Shown here in pieces: positions 54,069-62,205 of a DNA stretch of 64,000 bases. The notes under the pieces are model-generated. The model had not been told where the DNA came from and did not search any database. It was given only the letters and a program-made list of their open reading frames with translations. The translations under genes were made by a program, and so were the position numbers. Each line of letters begins with the position of its first letter. The first letter of the stretch is position 1. The DNA is from Octopus sinensis. Lineage: Eukaryota. Location of the stretch: the NCBI RefSeq assembly GCF_006345805.1, contig NC_043000.1, positions 65,286,001 to 65,350,000 of the forward strand, written 5' to 3'.

Positions 54069-57000
54069 TATAAAGTTTTTGCTAGCAAGAAAGGAGGACA
54101 GTACACACCTCTGCCATCAGGAAGATGGCCACATTCAATATGCAGAAAAGAAGCATGTAAGAATTCTGGATTATGTACCAAATGTAAATTATGGATGCAC
54201 AATAGATGCAGAGAGATCGCAAACAAATTGATAGATACATAAGAATGCGTAAAGTTAAAAGCCCAATAAAATATATTCTTTCAATTTCTTGGCAGGCTAT
54301 GAGGGGATGCTGAAAAGTTCCTGGCTTTGGGTAAAAAAAAAACACAGGAAGGTCAGTTAATTATGATTTTATTAAACCTTGTAAAAGAACTAGGAAGGTT
54401 AGGCCTCTAACCAGGCTTTTCACAATATCCTTAAAGCCAGGAACTTTACAGTACACCCTTGTAATAGCCTTTGATGTACATATCAGAGGAATGGATAAAC
54501 AGAGGGGGAGACACACTGCTAGTTATGTTAGTAGATGGCATCAATGAATGAAGCTATTTTGACCACAATTTTATGGTTTGAAATAATAATAATAAAAATA
54601 AGTTAAGAAAAAGAAAAAGTAATTATACCTCATCAGTGTAACCAGCAATATCGTGTACATAATCCATTGTTAACCAAGATCTTGAAAACAACCAATCTGG
54701 CTGCTCAGGCACTGTCACTAAAAGAGAGACAAAGTAACATCAAGAAATATTCCTACAAATATTAGAGCATCAATACTAGTTAATAAAGTACAAATTATAT
54801 CTTAGATTATAATGGCGTGAGAGCTAAGTGGAGAAGGTAGATCATGAGTTCAATTCCACAACAAGCATTTTGTTGCATTTCTTTGAAGAACACAAGCAAA
54901 TGTGAGAGCCTCAATGCAGCAACTCAAACTGCTAGAAATTGCTGCCAAACCCCTAAGAAATCACAAAGGTTTACATACACAATAATCAAAGAAAAAAATT
55001 CAATAGTCACATCAGGAATGACTTTTAACATAGATTTACAAAATTTCATGGCTGACTCAGAATCAATTAACATCTAAATTCTACATATCTGCAGTTTACC
55101 CAGCCATACAGAATAGGAAGGCAATAGACAGGCAATATTCTTCAGTAACCATACAGGAAAATGGCAGTCTTACACAGATCAATACCTTTATGGTTAAAAA
55201 ATTCACATCTCAACTAAATGGTTTCTGGTAACGTCCTACAACACAAATGAATTTAGTAATTAGAAAACCCACCATGTGTGTCTATGTGAATGTTTATATC
55301 CTGCACACTACACATAAAAATATGCTGACCTATAAGCAGTGAAGTTTGTTGTCATTTCCTACTCAATACATCTTTCACTGGCTCAGCACTTTGATAGAAG
55401 TGTGGAATAAGAGAGCCCCTAATTGAAAGACAGGTATGGTTTAGCGACAGTAATGGCATCCAGCTGTAGACAATGCCTCACTAATACATATATGTATTCA
55501 CTTAATTTATGCTTACATGGGAAACTGAAGAAAGAAATGAATGAAACAAAGTGAAGTACATATTCTATAAGAATTGATAAACTTGCAACAAAAACATGGA
55601 GTAAAAATGCCAGAATTTAATGGCTTTCATTATCAAAAATTAACAGCAGGGGGAAATTATTTTATCAAGTATACAGAAAAGTTGACAGTAAAATTTTTAT
55701 TCTAAAAAGGTATATGAAAATGGAATTCAGAAAACTTAACAAAGAGGCTGCCTTTTTAGTACACAAAATGCACTTACTTAAGAACTTAGATAAATTAACA
55801 AAATGTTTACAAAGTGTATTCTATAAAAAACAATTATAATAGTAATTATGAGACAATAAATTTGGTACTTACTAACACGTTTTTTCTGAGGAGCAACTAA
55901 ATGAATATCCTTGAAAATATGTGTTGTTCCCTGAGCTTTCCGTAATTTATCTTTTAACTAAATAAAGAGAAGTAAATGAGCAAATTCAGCACTGACATAA
56001 AACATTTCTCTTTGATATGTTAATCCTTTAGCATTCAGAATCCCTCTGTCAAAGGTAATGTTTATTTATTTACATTGTTTTGAATCAATCATGCATTATT
56101 TTTTAGCTCCAAGATTTCAATGACTGTTTCAGAATGACATTGAAGGATAGGTATAAAAGGCTGGATTTGGCCAGTTTTAACATAAAACAGGTAATGTTTG
56201 AGCTGGATATGGCTAATTTAAATGCTAAAAGGTCGAGAAGTTAAGCCAAAAACAAAGCATTCATCATTTTTTTGACAGCTATTTCACCACTGATCAATGA
56301 CTAAAATAGTTGAACAAGCTTTTAAAAATGGAATATGCTTACAAACCTAAAATCATAAACTTACCTCATCCAGATCTGGGAATGGCATCTTACTTTCATT
56401 AAGATTAAAGGTTTCATTAGTCTCTTCCACAACTGCCTCTGCTTCGGCTTTTTCTTCATTCTCACTCAAAAATTTTATGGTCTTTAAAACAGAAAACAAA
56501 TAATAAATTACTTCAGACACTAGAAATAACATTTTTTTAAACAGAATATTCTAAAATATCAACTATGAAATAATCCATGTCAGATTAATGTACTTCTTCT
56601 CACACTGACATTGGTTCTCAAAATGCACATTTCCGTTTATCCTTGACCTGATATAAGTGAACCCCAGGTACATTCTACCACCTTATGGTATTTCAAAACT
56701 TAACATTATTCATTCACAAATATGTCTGCCTATTCTAGCCATTTCTTTCGGGTGCAACTATTGATTACTTCACTTGTCCATTCACTTGCACACAGTCTGT
56801 CCATCATTTTTTGCACTGCAAGAAAACTGATTATTTTAAACATGAAACTAATGCTTTCACCATTACCCAACTTCCAAAAAAAGCATGAAATATCTTTTCT
56901 TCTTTTGCATATGAACAATATATAACTTAATCCTAGATTAGTAAACCACTTTTACTGACTCCATCGTAGACTCTATACCTCCATATTAAAGTAAACATAC

Positions 57001-60000
57001 ACATATATGTCCAACTCCTGCAGGCATGGGAAAATAGACATTAAATAAATGAAGAAAAAAAATGTCTATGTATGCACACACGTATCAAATCATCTGAATA
57101 TTATTATCATTATTGTTTACAGCAATGATTGTAATTCAGTGACCATAGGTTTGCTCAGTCAAGATAACAACAATTAAACTGAAAAATAAACTATCAGTCT
57201 AAAAGCTGGAAAATACATACAAATGTTCTACTCTGAAGTGTCACCTATCTAATACTAAGAGAGATAAAAGCAAAACGACAAAAATTAAAGAGAAATTACC
57301 TCTGTGTCTTCACACATCTCTGACAGAAAGAAAACAAAGCGATTCAAACCACGGATACTAGAAATATAGAAGAGGAAAATAATTTAAATTTCAAGCAAAG
57401 AGCATTATTCACACATTCAGTACATTCTCTAAACAATGAAAAATATTGGTTTCAAATTTTGGCATGAGGCTAGCAATTTTGGGAGAGGAGTCAGTTGATC
57501 ACATCATACCCAGTGCTCAACTGGTACTTATTTTATCAACCCCAAAAGGATGAAAGGCAAAGTCAGCCTTAACAGAATTTGAACTTAGAACATAAAGATG
57601 GATGAAATGACACAAAGCATTTTGCCCAGTGTGCTAACAATTTTGCAAACTACCCACCAGTTGAAATTATTACTGGACATATTAAACTGCAGTATTTTAT
57701 TTCATCAAATCTTATAGAAGATAAGTACTGAAGAATTTTCAGTACAAAATATTCTAATCAAAGAGAAAAGAATATCATGATGAGAAAAAACAACCTACTG
57801 TAAATCCTCAAGTATAGTCCGCCCTTGAGTATAATACGCAGGGGATTTTTAGGGGGCTGTACCTCTGAAAAGCCTAAACCTTGTGTATAATATGTACCAC
57901 TTCCCCAACTTGAGTCGTGCGTAATTAAGCCAGCAGCACTTAGTCAAACAAACACTTCCGCACATGCATAATACAATAATGGTGATGTTCTTAACTGTTA
58001 TATAGAAATGTAAATATGTTTGCAAATTGTTTTTGTTACATGTTATTCTGTGTTCTGAATACTTTTATTTTAATAACTGTTGCTTACTGCAAGTTATGGA
58101 TGATTCTTTTATGACTACATTACTTTCAGGCTTAGCTGAAGGTATTTTCGCGCCCAACATCACAAAATGCGTCTGAATAAACACTTCCGGACAGCAAATA
58201 GAGGCTCGGACATTACTTAGAAAATATTTTTAACCTCGTATATAGTAGGCACTAGAGATTTTGACCTTTAAATTTTGGGGAAAAAATGCGGATTATACTC
58301 AAGGATTTACGGTATATTATTAATCTAAGAGATTAATAGTATAAAACACAATCTTTTTTTAAATTCTTCAATTTTTATTGTTTTTATTTTAAGAAAGTTA
58401 TTACTTCTGCAGCAGTGATAGAATATTGTCTTAAAACATTAACAACTTGCACTGGTTCTATTTGTACTAATTTACCGTTATCACCACCATCCTCCAACAT
58501 CCTTCTTTCCATGGTTGCATGGATCAGATGGGATTTGTTGGGGTAGATATCCTATAACTAGATATCCTTCCTGTCACCAACCCTCACCTGTTTCCAAGCA
58601 AGGTAACGTTTCAGCAGATCAGTTAGATTTTCAATCACTAATACTAGTGCTAACGTGACTATATTGTTCATCCTCATCAGTTTACATCCACTTTCTGCAC
58701 TGGTAAGTCATCACAGTTCAGGTCAGTTTGTATTTGGAATTGCTGTCCTCCTACACACATTGGGAACAACATATCATTCATATGTTCTATTTTGGGTATG
58801 GTTTTTATGGCTAGATGCCTTTTCTATTACCAATCACTTTACAAAGTGTACAAGTACATTTTTCATGGCACCAGCACAAGTGACGTTGCCATGTAGCATG
58901 CATGACTAAGATCCTCTTCAACCGAGTAAGATTACAGTAGAAAGGGAAGCAGCTTTATGATAGTCAATGAGAGCTTTAATGTATCGAAGAAGATAAAAGA
59001 GATACGTGACTACTCACAGTATACAAGAGTGGGTGAGAGTAAACAGAATGGAACTGGATAAACATACACACACATGTATATGTGAGTGGTTTAGACAAGT
59101 TCAGAATACTTGACATGTCTTAATATGTAGTGCTGATTTTGTAAACAAAAGATTTAAGTGTCATTTGTTTCCATTTCTCCACGTAAGCACGTCTGGGCTG
59201 TTTGATGATGTTCGATAAACTGGGAGATTATTTCTTCACTTGGAAACAGATGGAAGTTGGCAACATGAAGTGCATCTGGCTGTAGAAAACTCAGTCTCAA
59301 CATACTCTCATTTGATCCAAGCAAGCTTACAAAAGTGATCATTAAAACAAAGATGATGATAATGATATAATAGCTCTTCCTATTTTAAACATGTTATTTT
59401 TAGTTTTCATACAATCTTCAACTTCTTTGTCATCCTTCTCTTAAAAGTTGATTTACTGATCAAAACATGCTAAAAGAAGAATATTCTTACTTCAAATTTT
59501 TCAATTCTTCATATTTTTCTAAAAACTTCAATCTCTCAGGTGCTCTCTCTGACACCTTCTTCCTAATCTGTAAGGTGGGGAACTACAAAACAGAAAATAT
59601 TTCATATAGTTAAGATATTTGTCCTCTGCTCAGAAATTAAAGGTCATGAGGTCAAATCTTACCATAACTACATTACAAAAACTACAGAGAAAATCAGAGG
59701 GATTTTATATGCTTGCTTGACCAGCTTGAAGTAACAACTTACAGTCTTCAATAAAGAAAGGATAGATTGGATAACAGTCCTACACTTCTAATGCAGATGT
59801 CGCAGTTACAGCTGGAATGCTTTTCAACATAAGCCTATTGGATCAAGATTGAGCTAGAGTTAAAATAACAACCACCCTTAGTCTGCTAAATTCCCTACAC
59901 ATTCCTAATATTATATTACTTTCCCTTTTCATTCACTTTATTCATTTACAATTATTTTTTTCATCCATTATTATCTACTCTTCTATTATCCCCATCTCTT

Positions 60001-61043
60001 GCTCTCTGTCTTTATCCCTGTACATCTATTTTTTTATGAGCAAAACGAGAAACTACAATATGGTTGCTTAAGTTACTAGAAATAGCAGCCAAACCATACA
60101 CACCCCTTAGACAATTTGTGTCTTGGTTCTCTAAACAAAAGTACTTACTACTTCACTATATGTATTTTCAATACTAACGACACTGTATTTTACATTCAAA
60201 GTTTTACTGCTATCGACCACTCCAAAGTTGGACTGGAGTAAAAATACATGATACAATAAGAATGATTACATCAGTTCCTCACTTTAGCCAAGTGTCAATG
60301 AAGTGACAACATGAGGACTACAGGTCTCTAACATAGCATTTACATATCAAGTTTAACTTTACAGTTATCACTATAAACAGAACAAAAGAGACACTGAAGT
60401 TGTTTCAGTTAACTTGGGCTGAGTACAAATTACCTATTGATTAAACTGCCTCAACCCTACCAACTGTCATTGTAGTAGTCCAAGCCAAAGTGGTATGATG
60501 AACTCCCAGACACACTTCTTATTCTGGTGTCCATAGACCTCAAACACTAGAGTCATAAGTCTATGCAACTAGGAGTTCAAATTTTATTTACCCTCCCATA
60601 TTCAGTCTGTTGTCAACAGCCGGCAAGAAGGTGTTCAGAGTCAGTTTAAGGTTTTTTTACGTTACATTTAGTCACCTCTTACAAAATATTACAGATCTGG
60701 CAGCATTACTCTTTGACCACTGAGTACCACAAATAAACAAAAAAAAAGCCATTTTTAAAAGTGGCCCTATTTTATATTTTATAAAAATTGGATACAGAAG
60801 AAAAACTAATTTAAGTGGATGATTTGAAAAAACACAAAGTGATTAAAGTATAAACTATATAATTTATTTTTTGGAATGGCAAAACTCGAAGCAGACAAAG
60901 CTGTAAATAATGTGTACAATGTCATAAACCATTTAATCAAAAATAAAACAATACTTACTGAAGAGGGCACACACGGATTCTTTGAACTTTCTAATAGCAT
61001 CTCAGCATACACATCTGCTCCAACAGTATCGGTTTCTCGAATA
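4462..61043 (-). CDS. TUBGCP2: Gamma-tubulin complex component 2 (GCP2), spliced gene, 29 coding exons in window, 5' end outside window
   Basis: Exons join in frame with matching intron phases and give GCP2 motifs in the expected order: [100 protein letters not shown]. Compared with human GCP2 from memory. Confidence 0.97.
4983..5044 (-). CDS. TUBGCP2: GCP2 exon 28 (LDFNGFYAKNCSSFGKLLSA)
   Basis: cttttctag / gtaatt, 62 nt; conserved RLDFNGFY motif. Confidence 0.96.
5160..6246 (+). mobile_element. Decayed mariner transposon (frameshifted transposase)
   Basis: TIR ctgaaaagttcataggctgac at both ends; ORF pieces with KWVAEFRRGRES..DDSRSG, CWVP (WVPHEL-like) and SLAPSDYHLFP (YSPDLAP-like). Confidence 0.93.
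6636..6787 (-). CDS. TUBGCP2: GCP2 exon 27 (VVAEAMTDESTEHLGTVISMFESNFNKLLMELLEKMAYMIHGNGEQALLC)
   Basis: actcattag / gtctgt, 152 nt; aligns with FEATINKFDKNFSAHLLDLL. Confidence 0.92.
8330..8790 (+). mobile_element. RTE 3'-end derived repeats (family E); other copies about 630-905, 3410-3750, 7100-7370, 26410-26875, 33100-33285, 42740-42990(-), 43815-44355, 49205-49675, 58485-58930(-), 61395-61830(-), 63250-63548
   Basis: Shared core gtggttggcattaggaagggcatccagctgtagaaac...ccatgccagcatggaa...(tga)n; several retain VEG..GRGRPRK.W coding remnants. Confidence 0.85.
9025..9135 (-). CDS. TUBGCP2: GCP2 exon 26 (RFNESLEGLPERSWLTLTNSLQATSPEDPKKKQISKK)
   Basis: aaatttag / gtaatt, 111 nt, phase 0-0; variable linker region. 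Confidence 0.85.
9700..10075 (-). mobile_element. Highly decayed CR1/L2-like LINE 3' fragment
   Basis: Residual SHPDCVPSF..SSSIH-like peptide resembling LINE ORF2 C-termini; similar to the 11570-12130 fragment. Confidence 0.4.
11570..12130 (-). mobile_element. CR1/L2/Jockey-like LINE ORF2 C-terminal fragment
   Basis: ORF 11824..12078 FYKPLVRPIVRHFSHIWDGTAAAHREILAHIQRKAL matches the LYK..VRP.LEY.SHIW....L.RIQRKA pattern. Confidence 0.8.
12293..12436 (-). CDS. TUBGCP2: GCP2 exon 25 (VSNIDDVLLHHGDFLHNCLKEGMMTNVDLLRIIHKLMVVCITFCNRIR)
   Basis: atgttttag / gtaagt, 144 nt; aligns with SNIDDVLGHHTGFLDTCLKDCMLTN. Confidence 0.98.
13400..13620 (+). mobile_element. tRNA-derived SINE family D; other copies about 3945-4360(-), 10690-10830(-), 28295-28490(+), 50885-51000(-), 57445-57660(-)
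   Basis: Head ggtggcaaactggcaaaatcattagcac...ggctcaaattc (A/B-box-like); shared body gactttgcctttcacccttt...aataagtaccagtt...actggggtcgatgtaatc. Confidence 0.8.
15766..17037 (+). mobile_element. Full-length but decayed Tc1-like transposon inserted into a SINE
   Basis: TIR caggggttcgataaaattatggaaacacct / aggtgtttcctttattttgttgaacccctg; ORF 15996..16427 (HTH region, SGRKPKLS, RKPLLS) then frameshifted FQDDNAPIH and WPPESPDLNIIE. Confidence 0.95.
17765..18377. mobile_element. Foldback/MITE with about 215-230 bp terminal inverted repeats
   Basis: Arms 17765-17994 and 18165-18377 are reverse complements, including an exact ctggttcaggagcatccagtggtg stretch; spacer about 170 bp. Confidence 0.9.
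18641..18806 (-). CDS. TUBGCP2: GCP2 exon 24 ([55 protein letters not shown])
   Basis: ttgtttcag / gtaaat, 166 nt; lies inside ORF 18581..18826. Confidence 0.98.
18875..19170 (+). mobile_element. R4/Dong-like (restriction-endonuclease-like) LINE 3' end
   Basis: Translates to MWGLKTETIPIIVGALGTVKK...IQKIVLLGTTHIL; ends in (TAA)n; preceded by (ACA)n. Confidence 0.8.
19172..20218 (+). mobile_element. Helentron/HINE-like non-autonomous element split by an internal 640-bp segment
   Basis: 5' part acaagagcactcagagagtgcaaacctctgccaagg; 3' part tttcatccaaattcatccagcgattcttgagatat..(acaa)n..tacctcc..aggtaataat with a terminal hairpin. Confidence 0.6.
19390..19640 (-). mobile_element. Gypsy LTR-retrotransposon integrase C-terminal fragment
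   Basis: ORF 19298..19624 KPLLTTLYAGPFHFLSRTGKFFTIVLNGHKDTVSLDRLKKAF matches the KPL...Y.GPF..L.R..K.F......DTVS.DRLK pattern. Confidence 0.85.
20560..20630 (-). CDS. TUBGCP2: GCP2 exon 23 ([23 protein letters not shown])
   Basis: ttattttcag / gtaagt, 71 nt. Confidence 0.98.
22281..22381 (-). CDS. TUBGCP2: GCP2 exon 22 ([33 protein letters not shown])
   Basis: gttttctag / gtcagt, 101 nt; aligns with LSGLEAFSFDYIVKWPLSLIINRK. Confidence 0.97.
22573..22790. mobile_element. TTAA-bounded MITE (second piggyBac-like family)
   Basis: Ends ttaaccattttgttgcc / ggtatcaaaagagttaa. Confidence 0.65.
23335..23387 (-). CDS. TUBGCP2: GCP2 exon 21 (IQFQETDLISQLYDILK)
   Basis: tatttcag / gtaaac, 53 nt; aligns with IDLMPHDLITQLLRVL. 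Confidence 0.92.
24490..24577 (-). CDS. TUBGCP2: GCP2 exon 20 ([28 protein letters not shown])
   Basis: TTCCTTGAC-tgcattgtag acceptor, gtatgt donor, 88 nt. Confidence 0.98.
24578..27592 (-). other. U12-type GT-AG intron
   Basis: 5' site GTATCCTAC; perfect branch TTCCTTGAC (plus strand 24588-24596) ending 10 nt before the exon. Confidence 0.9.
24685..25795 (-). mobile_element. 5'-truncated RTE-clade LINE (RT C-terminus, 3' UTR with tandem repeats, (GAT)n tail)
   Basis: FRYLGDQVS..AWAKFRELLPLL..KGRLYDACVRTAMLHGSETW; ORF 25200..25475 RRLRWYGHVARM..EGTRGRGRPRNTW. Confidence 0.95.
27593..27684 (-). CDS. TUBGCP2: GCP2 exon 19 ([30 protein letters not shown]), ends at a U12 GT donor
   Basis: gttttag acceptor; donor A|GTATCCTAC; 92 nt. 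Confidence 0.97.
28900..29450 (-). mobile_element. Very decayed LINE RT/endonuclease remnant
   Basis: QGLQFWSISPTL resembles the GVPQGS.LSPTLF RT motif; similar composition at about 62560-63100. Confidence 0.35.
29966..30116 (-). CDS. TUBGCP2: GCP2 exon 18 (RDVKCPYAEEMIYTLNEKGYFDQIEKAYNYASKVLLNLLMEEQELMARL)
   Basis: gtatttcag / gtgtgt, 151 nt; aligns with QIEKAFNYASKVLLDFLMEEKEL. Confidence 0.98.
32103..32224 (-). CDS. TUBGCP2: GCP2 exon 17 ([40 protein letters not shown]); 5' boundary uncertain (32224 or 32215)
   Basis: gtaagt donor; aligns with YWDQRYTIVQQQIPSFL...[14 protein letters not shown]; acceptor is non-AG (see findings). Confidence 0.92.
32640..32814. mobile_element. Probable Penelope-like terminal repeat fragment with an inverted copy (39-bp perfect hairpin)
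   Basis: CTGATGA..GAAAC followed by AATAAA; arms 32710-32748 and 32776-32814; inserted in the (TA)n tract of a SINE. Confidence 0.55.
34602..34800 (-). mobile_element. Probable Penelope-like terminal repeat fragment
   Basis: Minus strand gtttCTGACGAagagctctgcttGAAAtgttaaat, a hammerhead-core-like layout. Confidence 0.45.
35014..35063 (-). CDS. TUBGCP2: GCP2 exon 16 (FFVVENEEVNKEKSYN + GA), ends at a U12 AT donor
   Basis: ctttctag acceptor; read-through hits TAA within 5 codons; exon ends GA|ATATCCTTTT; aligns with FMVEEHELRKE...YND. Confidence 0.88.
35696..35767 (-). CDS. TUBGCP2: GCP2 exon 15 (ACAPYFEILEMWIYKGIINDPYEE)
   Basis: ttttcatcag / gtatgt, 72 nt; aligns with ASAPYFEVLEKWIYRGIIHDPYSE. 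Confidence 0.97.
37040..37720 (-). mobile_element. R4/Dong-like REL-domain LINE fragment
   Basis: ORF 37087..37305 MIVDERRNKQCKIIDFAIPFDSRMNTKETEKIEK (PD..D REL region), then frameshifted IVPVVIGRLGTMPK. Confidence 0.85.
38086..38618 (+). mobile_element. Non-autonomous Helitron-like element
   Basis: 3' end ccgtgaaatattaacaggtcccgCTAG|t; internal 43-bp direct repeat (38086-38128 and 38256-38298); 5' TC end not identified. Confidence 0.55.
38797..38839 (-). CDS. TUBGCP2: GCP2 exon 14 (DTKSQELCLFLTQA)
   Basis: tattgtag / gtaaga, 43 nt; aligns with DSQAQELCLYLTKA. Confidence 0.95.
39735..41063 (-). mobile_element. Second Tc1-like transposon, decayed, with an extra 185-bp internal segment
   Basis: TIR caggggttggacaaaataatggaaacac / gtgtttccattattttgtccaaccactg; ORFs 40668..40883, 40160..40447 and 39651..40028 (FQDDNAAIH, WPSESPDLNIIEHLW). 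Confidence 0.95.
41651..41712 (-). CDS. TUBGCP2: GCP2 exon 13 (GKCIGDAVLTLLHEMTSGFAG)
   Basis: tttattgcag / gtacgt, 62 nt; aligns with GECLGGSTLSLLHDRSFSYTG. Confidence 0.95.
43571..43663 (-). CDS. TUBGCP2: GCP2 exon 12 ([31 protein letters not shown])
   Basis: ctgttgcag / gtaagt, 93 nt; lies inside ORF 43451..43684. Confidence 0.98.
46825..46869 (-). CDS. TUBGCP2: GCP2 exon 11 (DYNILVAQLEHENRQ)
   Basis: tttatttcag / gtttgt, 45 nt; aligns with EHLILVSQLEQLHRQ. Confidence 0.93.
48293..48920 (+). mobile_element. Unclassified (possibly Penelope-like) element inserted in the (TA)n tract of a family A SINE
   Basis: Separates the two halves of one SINE; contains a degenerate type I hammerhead layout at 48781-48821. 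Confidence 0.55.
49757..49824 (-). CDS. TUBGCP2: GCP2 exon 10 (KSAYEYGLVNQALAAAMRSLIK)
   Basis: ttttaaag / gtaagt, 68 nt; aligns with KSSFEYGQVNHALAAAMRTLVK. Confidence 0.97.
50156..50721 (+). mobile_element. Internally deleted mariner (Hsmar1/SETMAR-like C-terminus)
   Basis: TA-flanked TIR ttcggttgtctggaaagtttgtgccgattt / aaatcggcatgaactttccggataacccaa; ORF 50361..50648 WDVLPHPPYSSDIAPPDCHLFRSLQNSL. Confidence 0.92.
51075..51390 (-). mobile_element. tRNA-derived CORE-like SINE family B; other copies about 28050-28260(-), 36530-36760(+), 47575-47860(+), 54820-54935(+)
   Basis: Head gtggttaagtggttaggg...gtgagttcaattcc; CORE-like tgtgtccttgagcaagatactttatttca..gctccagttcactcagct. Confidence 0.8.
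51443..51520 (-). CDS. TUBGCP2: GCP2 exon 9 (PSLSELTQRILPLCSYYSTVVRFIE)
   Basis: ttttatag / gtaaag, 78 nt; aligns with DLSIRELVHRILPVAASYSAVTRFIE. Confidence 0.96.
52611..52692 (-). CDS. TUBGCP2: GCP2 exon 8 (GVEGSYILPKPLKAKYDNKEFIVDSSL)
   Basis: acttttag / gtgagt, 82 nt; aligns with GVDGRYV...FLVDPNL. Confidence 0.95.
53313..53390 (-). CDS. TUBGCP2: GCP2 exon 7 (HLPVLGTLSLSEQEKLVIADLLFLLQ)
   Basis: ctcctatag / gtatgt, 78 nt; aligns with IGTLPLASQESAVVEDLLYVL. Confidence 0.95.
53488..53890 (+). mobile_element. tRNA-derived SINE family A with central (TA)n/(TG)n tract; other copies about 14330-14940(-), 15465-17075(-, split), 17405-17530(-), 25955-26075(-), 32395-33000(-, split), 33505-33900(-), 41095-41495(-), 47035-47460(-), 48068-49142(-, split), 51710-52090(+), 63680-63845(+)
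   Basis: Head ggagtggctgtgtggtaag...ggttcagtccc (A/B boxes), ttgggcaagtgtc core, tail gctccagcatggccgcagtcaaatgactgaaacaagtaaaag. Confidence 0.9.
54298..54463. mobile_element. Mariner-derived MITE
   Basis: TIR tatgaggggatgctgaaaagttcctggcttt / aaagccaggaactttacagtacacccttgta. Confidence 0.8.
54629..54717 (-). CDS. TUBGCP2: GCP2 exon 6 (TVPEQPDWLFSRSWLTMDYVHDIAGYTDE)
   Basis: ctcttttag / gtataa, 89 nt; aligns with PIFPAWVYERPALIGDF. Confidence 0.9.
55873..55957 (-). CDS. TUBGCP2: GCP2 exon 5 (LKDKLRKAQGTTHIFKDIHLVAPQKKRV)
   Basis: tttatttag / gtaagt, 85 nt; supplies the phase 0 to phase 1 bridge needed between exons 4 and 6; low sequence similarity. Confidence 0.8.
56365..56481 (-). CDS. 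TUBGCP2: GCP2 exon 4 (TIKFLSENEEKAEAEAVVEETNETFNLNESKMPFPDLDE)
   Basis: ttttaaag / gtaagt, 117 nt, open and phase 0-0. Confidence 0.88.
57300..57357 (-). CDS. TUBGCP2: GCP2 exon 3 (IRGLNRFVFFLSEMCEDTE)
   Basis: tttctag / gtaatt, 58 nt; aligns with NTRNLDPLVYLLSKLTEDKE. Confidence 0.88.
57798..58312. mobile_element. pogo/Tc2-like non-autonomous element
   Basis: TA-flanked TIR ctgtaaatcctcaagtatagtccgc / gcggattatactcaaggatttacgg. Confidence 0.82.
59491..59582 (-). CDS. TUBGCP2: GCP2 exon 2 (FPTLQIRKKVSERAPERLKFLEKYEELKNL)
   Basis: ttttgtag / gtaaga, 92 nt; matches FLKKYDELK. Confidence 0.9.
60959..61043 (-). CDS. TUBGCP2: GCP2 in-window exon 1 (IRETDTVGADVYAEMLLESSKNPCVPSS)
   Basis: ttcatag acceptor, gtaagt donor, 85 nt; resembles human GGDGAEVYIDLLQKNRTPYV. 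Confidence 0.85.
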
Positions 61044-61844
61044 CTATGAATAAATATCAACAATAAACATTAAGATTTGTTTGTTGTGTACATTAACAGA
61101 TGAAGTGTGGTAGGATATCGGACTCGTTGATTTTAAATCATATTTCAAGTAAAAGTGAAAGGAAGAACAAAGGAAAATACATTTTGGAAGGAATGAGAGC
61201 AAATAATTAATTACCTTTGAAGAGAACTGCAATTGGTTAAATACAGGGGTAAAATAGACAATAATATGAGGACTGTAGAAACAAGGGAGCATAAATTAAT
61301 TTATAAATGTACTAACATTATTATTGAATATTGAACTGTGCAAGTCTGTCGTAGTTGAGCAGGCTTATGATTAAAATGTAGAGCTGCATCAGGCTCTATT
61401 TGTCTATTTTAGCATGATTACTATGGCTGGATGCCCTTCCTAACCCCAACCATTTTACAGAGTGTACTAGGTGCTTTTTATATGTCACCAGCACAGACAT
61501 TTTTTTTTATATGACACCAACACAAGCACTTTTTATGTGGCACCAGCACAGGCGCTTCTTATGTGGCACCAGTGGGGTCACCAAGTAGCTTGCAAGACAA
61601 CAACCTCTCAACTGAGAGAAGAAGTGGAGCCAAGTGGGGATACTTGGTTACTCCAGTAGACCAAGAAAAAGGAGGAGGTAGAGAGAAAGACAGCGAGTCA
61701 GAGAGGGAGAGAGAGAGAAATAGATGGTGTTGGGGAGATGTTTAGCGATGGAGAAGACATGACTGTAGGAAGTTATGGTGAGAGAAAATGGAATAGCAGG
61801 GGGTAGGGTATGGTAGATATGTGGGGGCATGTAGAGTGAGCAGA

Positions 61845-62205
61845 CAGGCACGTAAGGGAAAGATCACATCACAGAAGATCAAAGAGCTTGGTTGGGAAAA
61901 AATTCCTCATCCACCTTATTCTTCCGACCTTGCTCCTTCAGACTACCATTTGTTTCGTAGTTTACAGAATCATTTGGGGGACATAACTTTTGCAAACCAG
62001 GGGAGGTTGAAACTGACATTTCAGAGTTCTTCACTTGAAACCAAGAATGTTTAACATTGATGGGATTAAAAAGCTTGTAAATGGATGGAAGGAAGTCATA
62101 GATAATCACAGAAAGTATATTGATGATTAAATTTCAATTAAATACAACATTTGGTCACTTGTTTTCTCTATTCAAAATTTGGACAGAACTTATGGGATGA
62201 CCCGA
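61845..62205 (+). mobile_element. Mariner 3' fragment
   Basis: ORF 61821..62054 KIKELGWEKIPHPPYSSDLAPSDYHLFRSLQNHL; right TIR gaacttatgggatgacccga-TA. Confidence 0.88.

Noticed and set aside
59491-59567. In-frame internal acceptor ttacAG|ATT in exon 2
   Set aside because: The upstream acceptor preserves exact collinearity with human GCP2 and has the better pyrimidine tract; there is no evidence for alternative use.
60240-60660. Non-repetitive intronic stretch with an ATGATGA motif, possible C/D snoRNA
   Set aside because: On the strand opposite the host gene, and no D box (CTGA) or terminal stem at a suitable distance.
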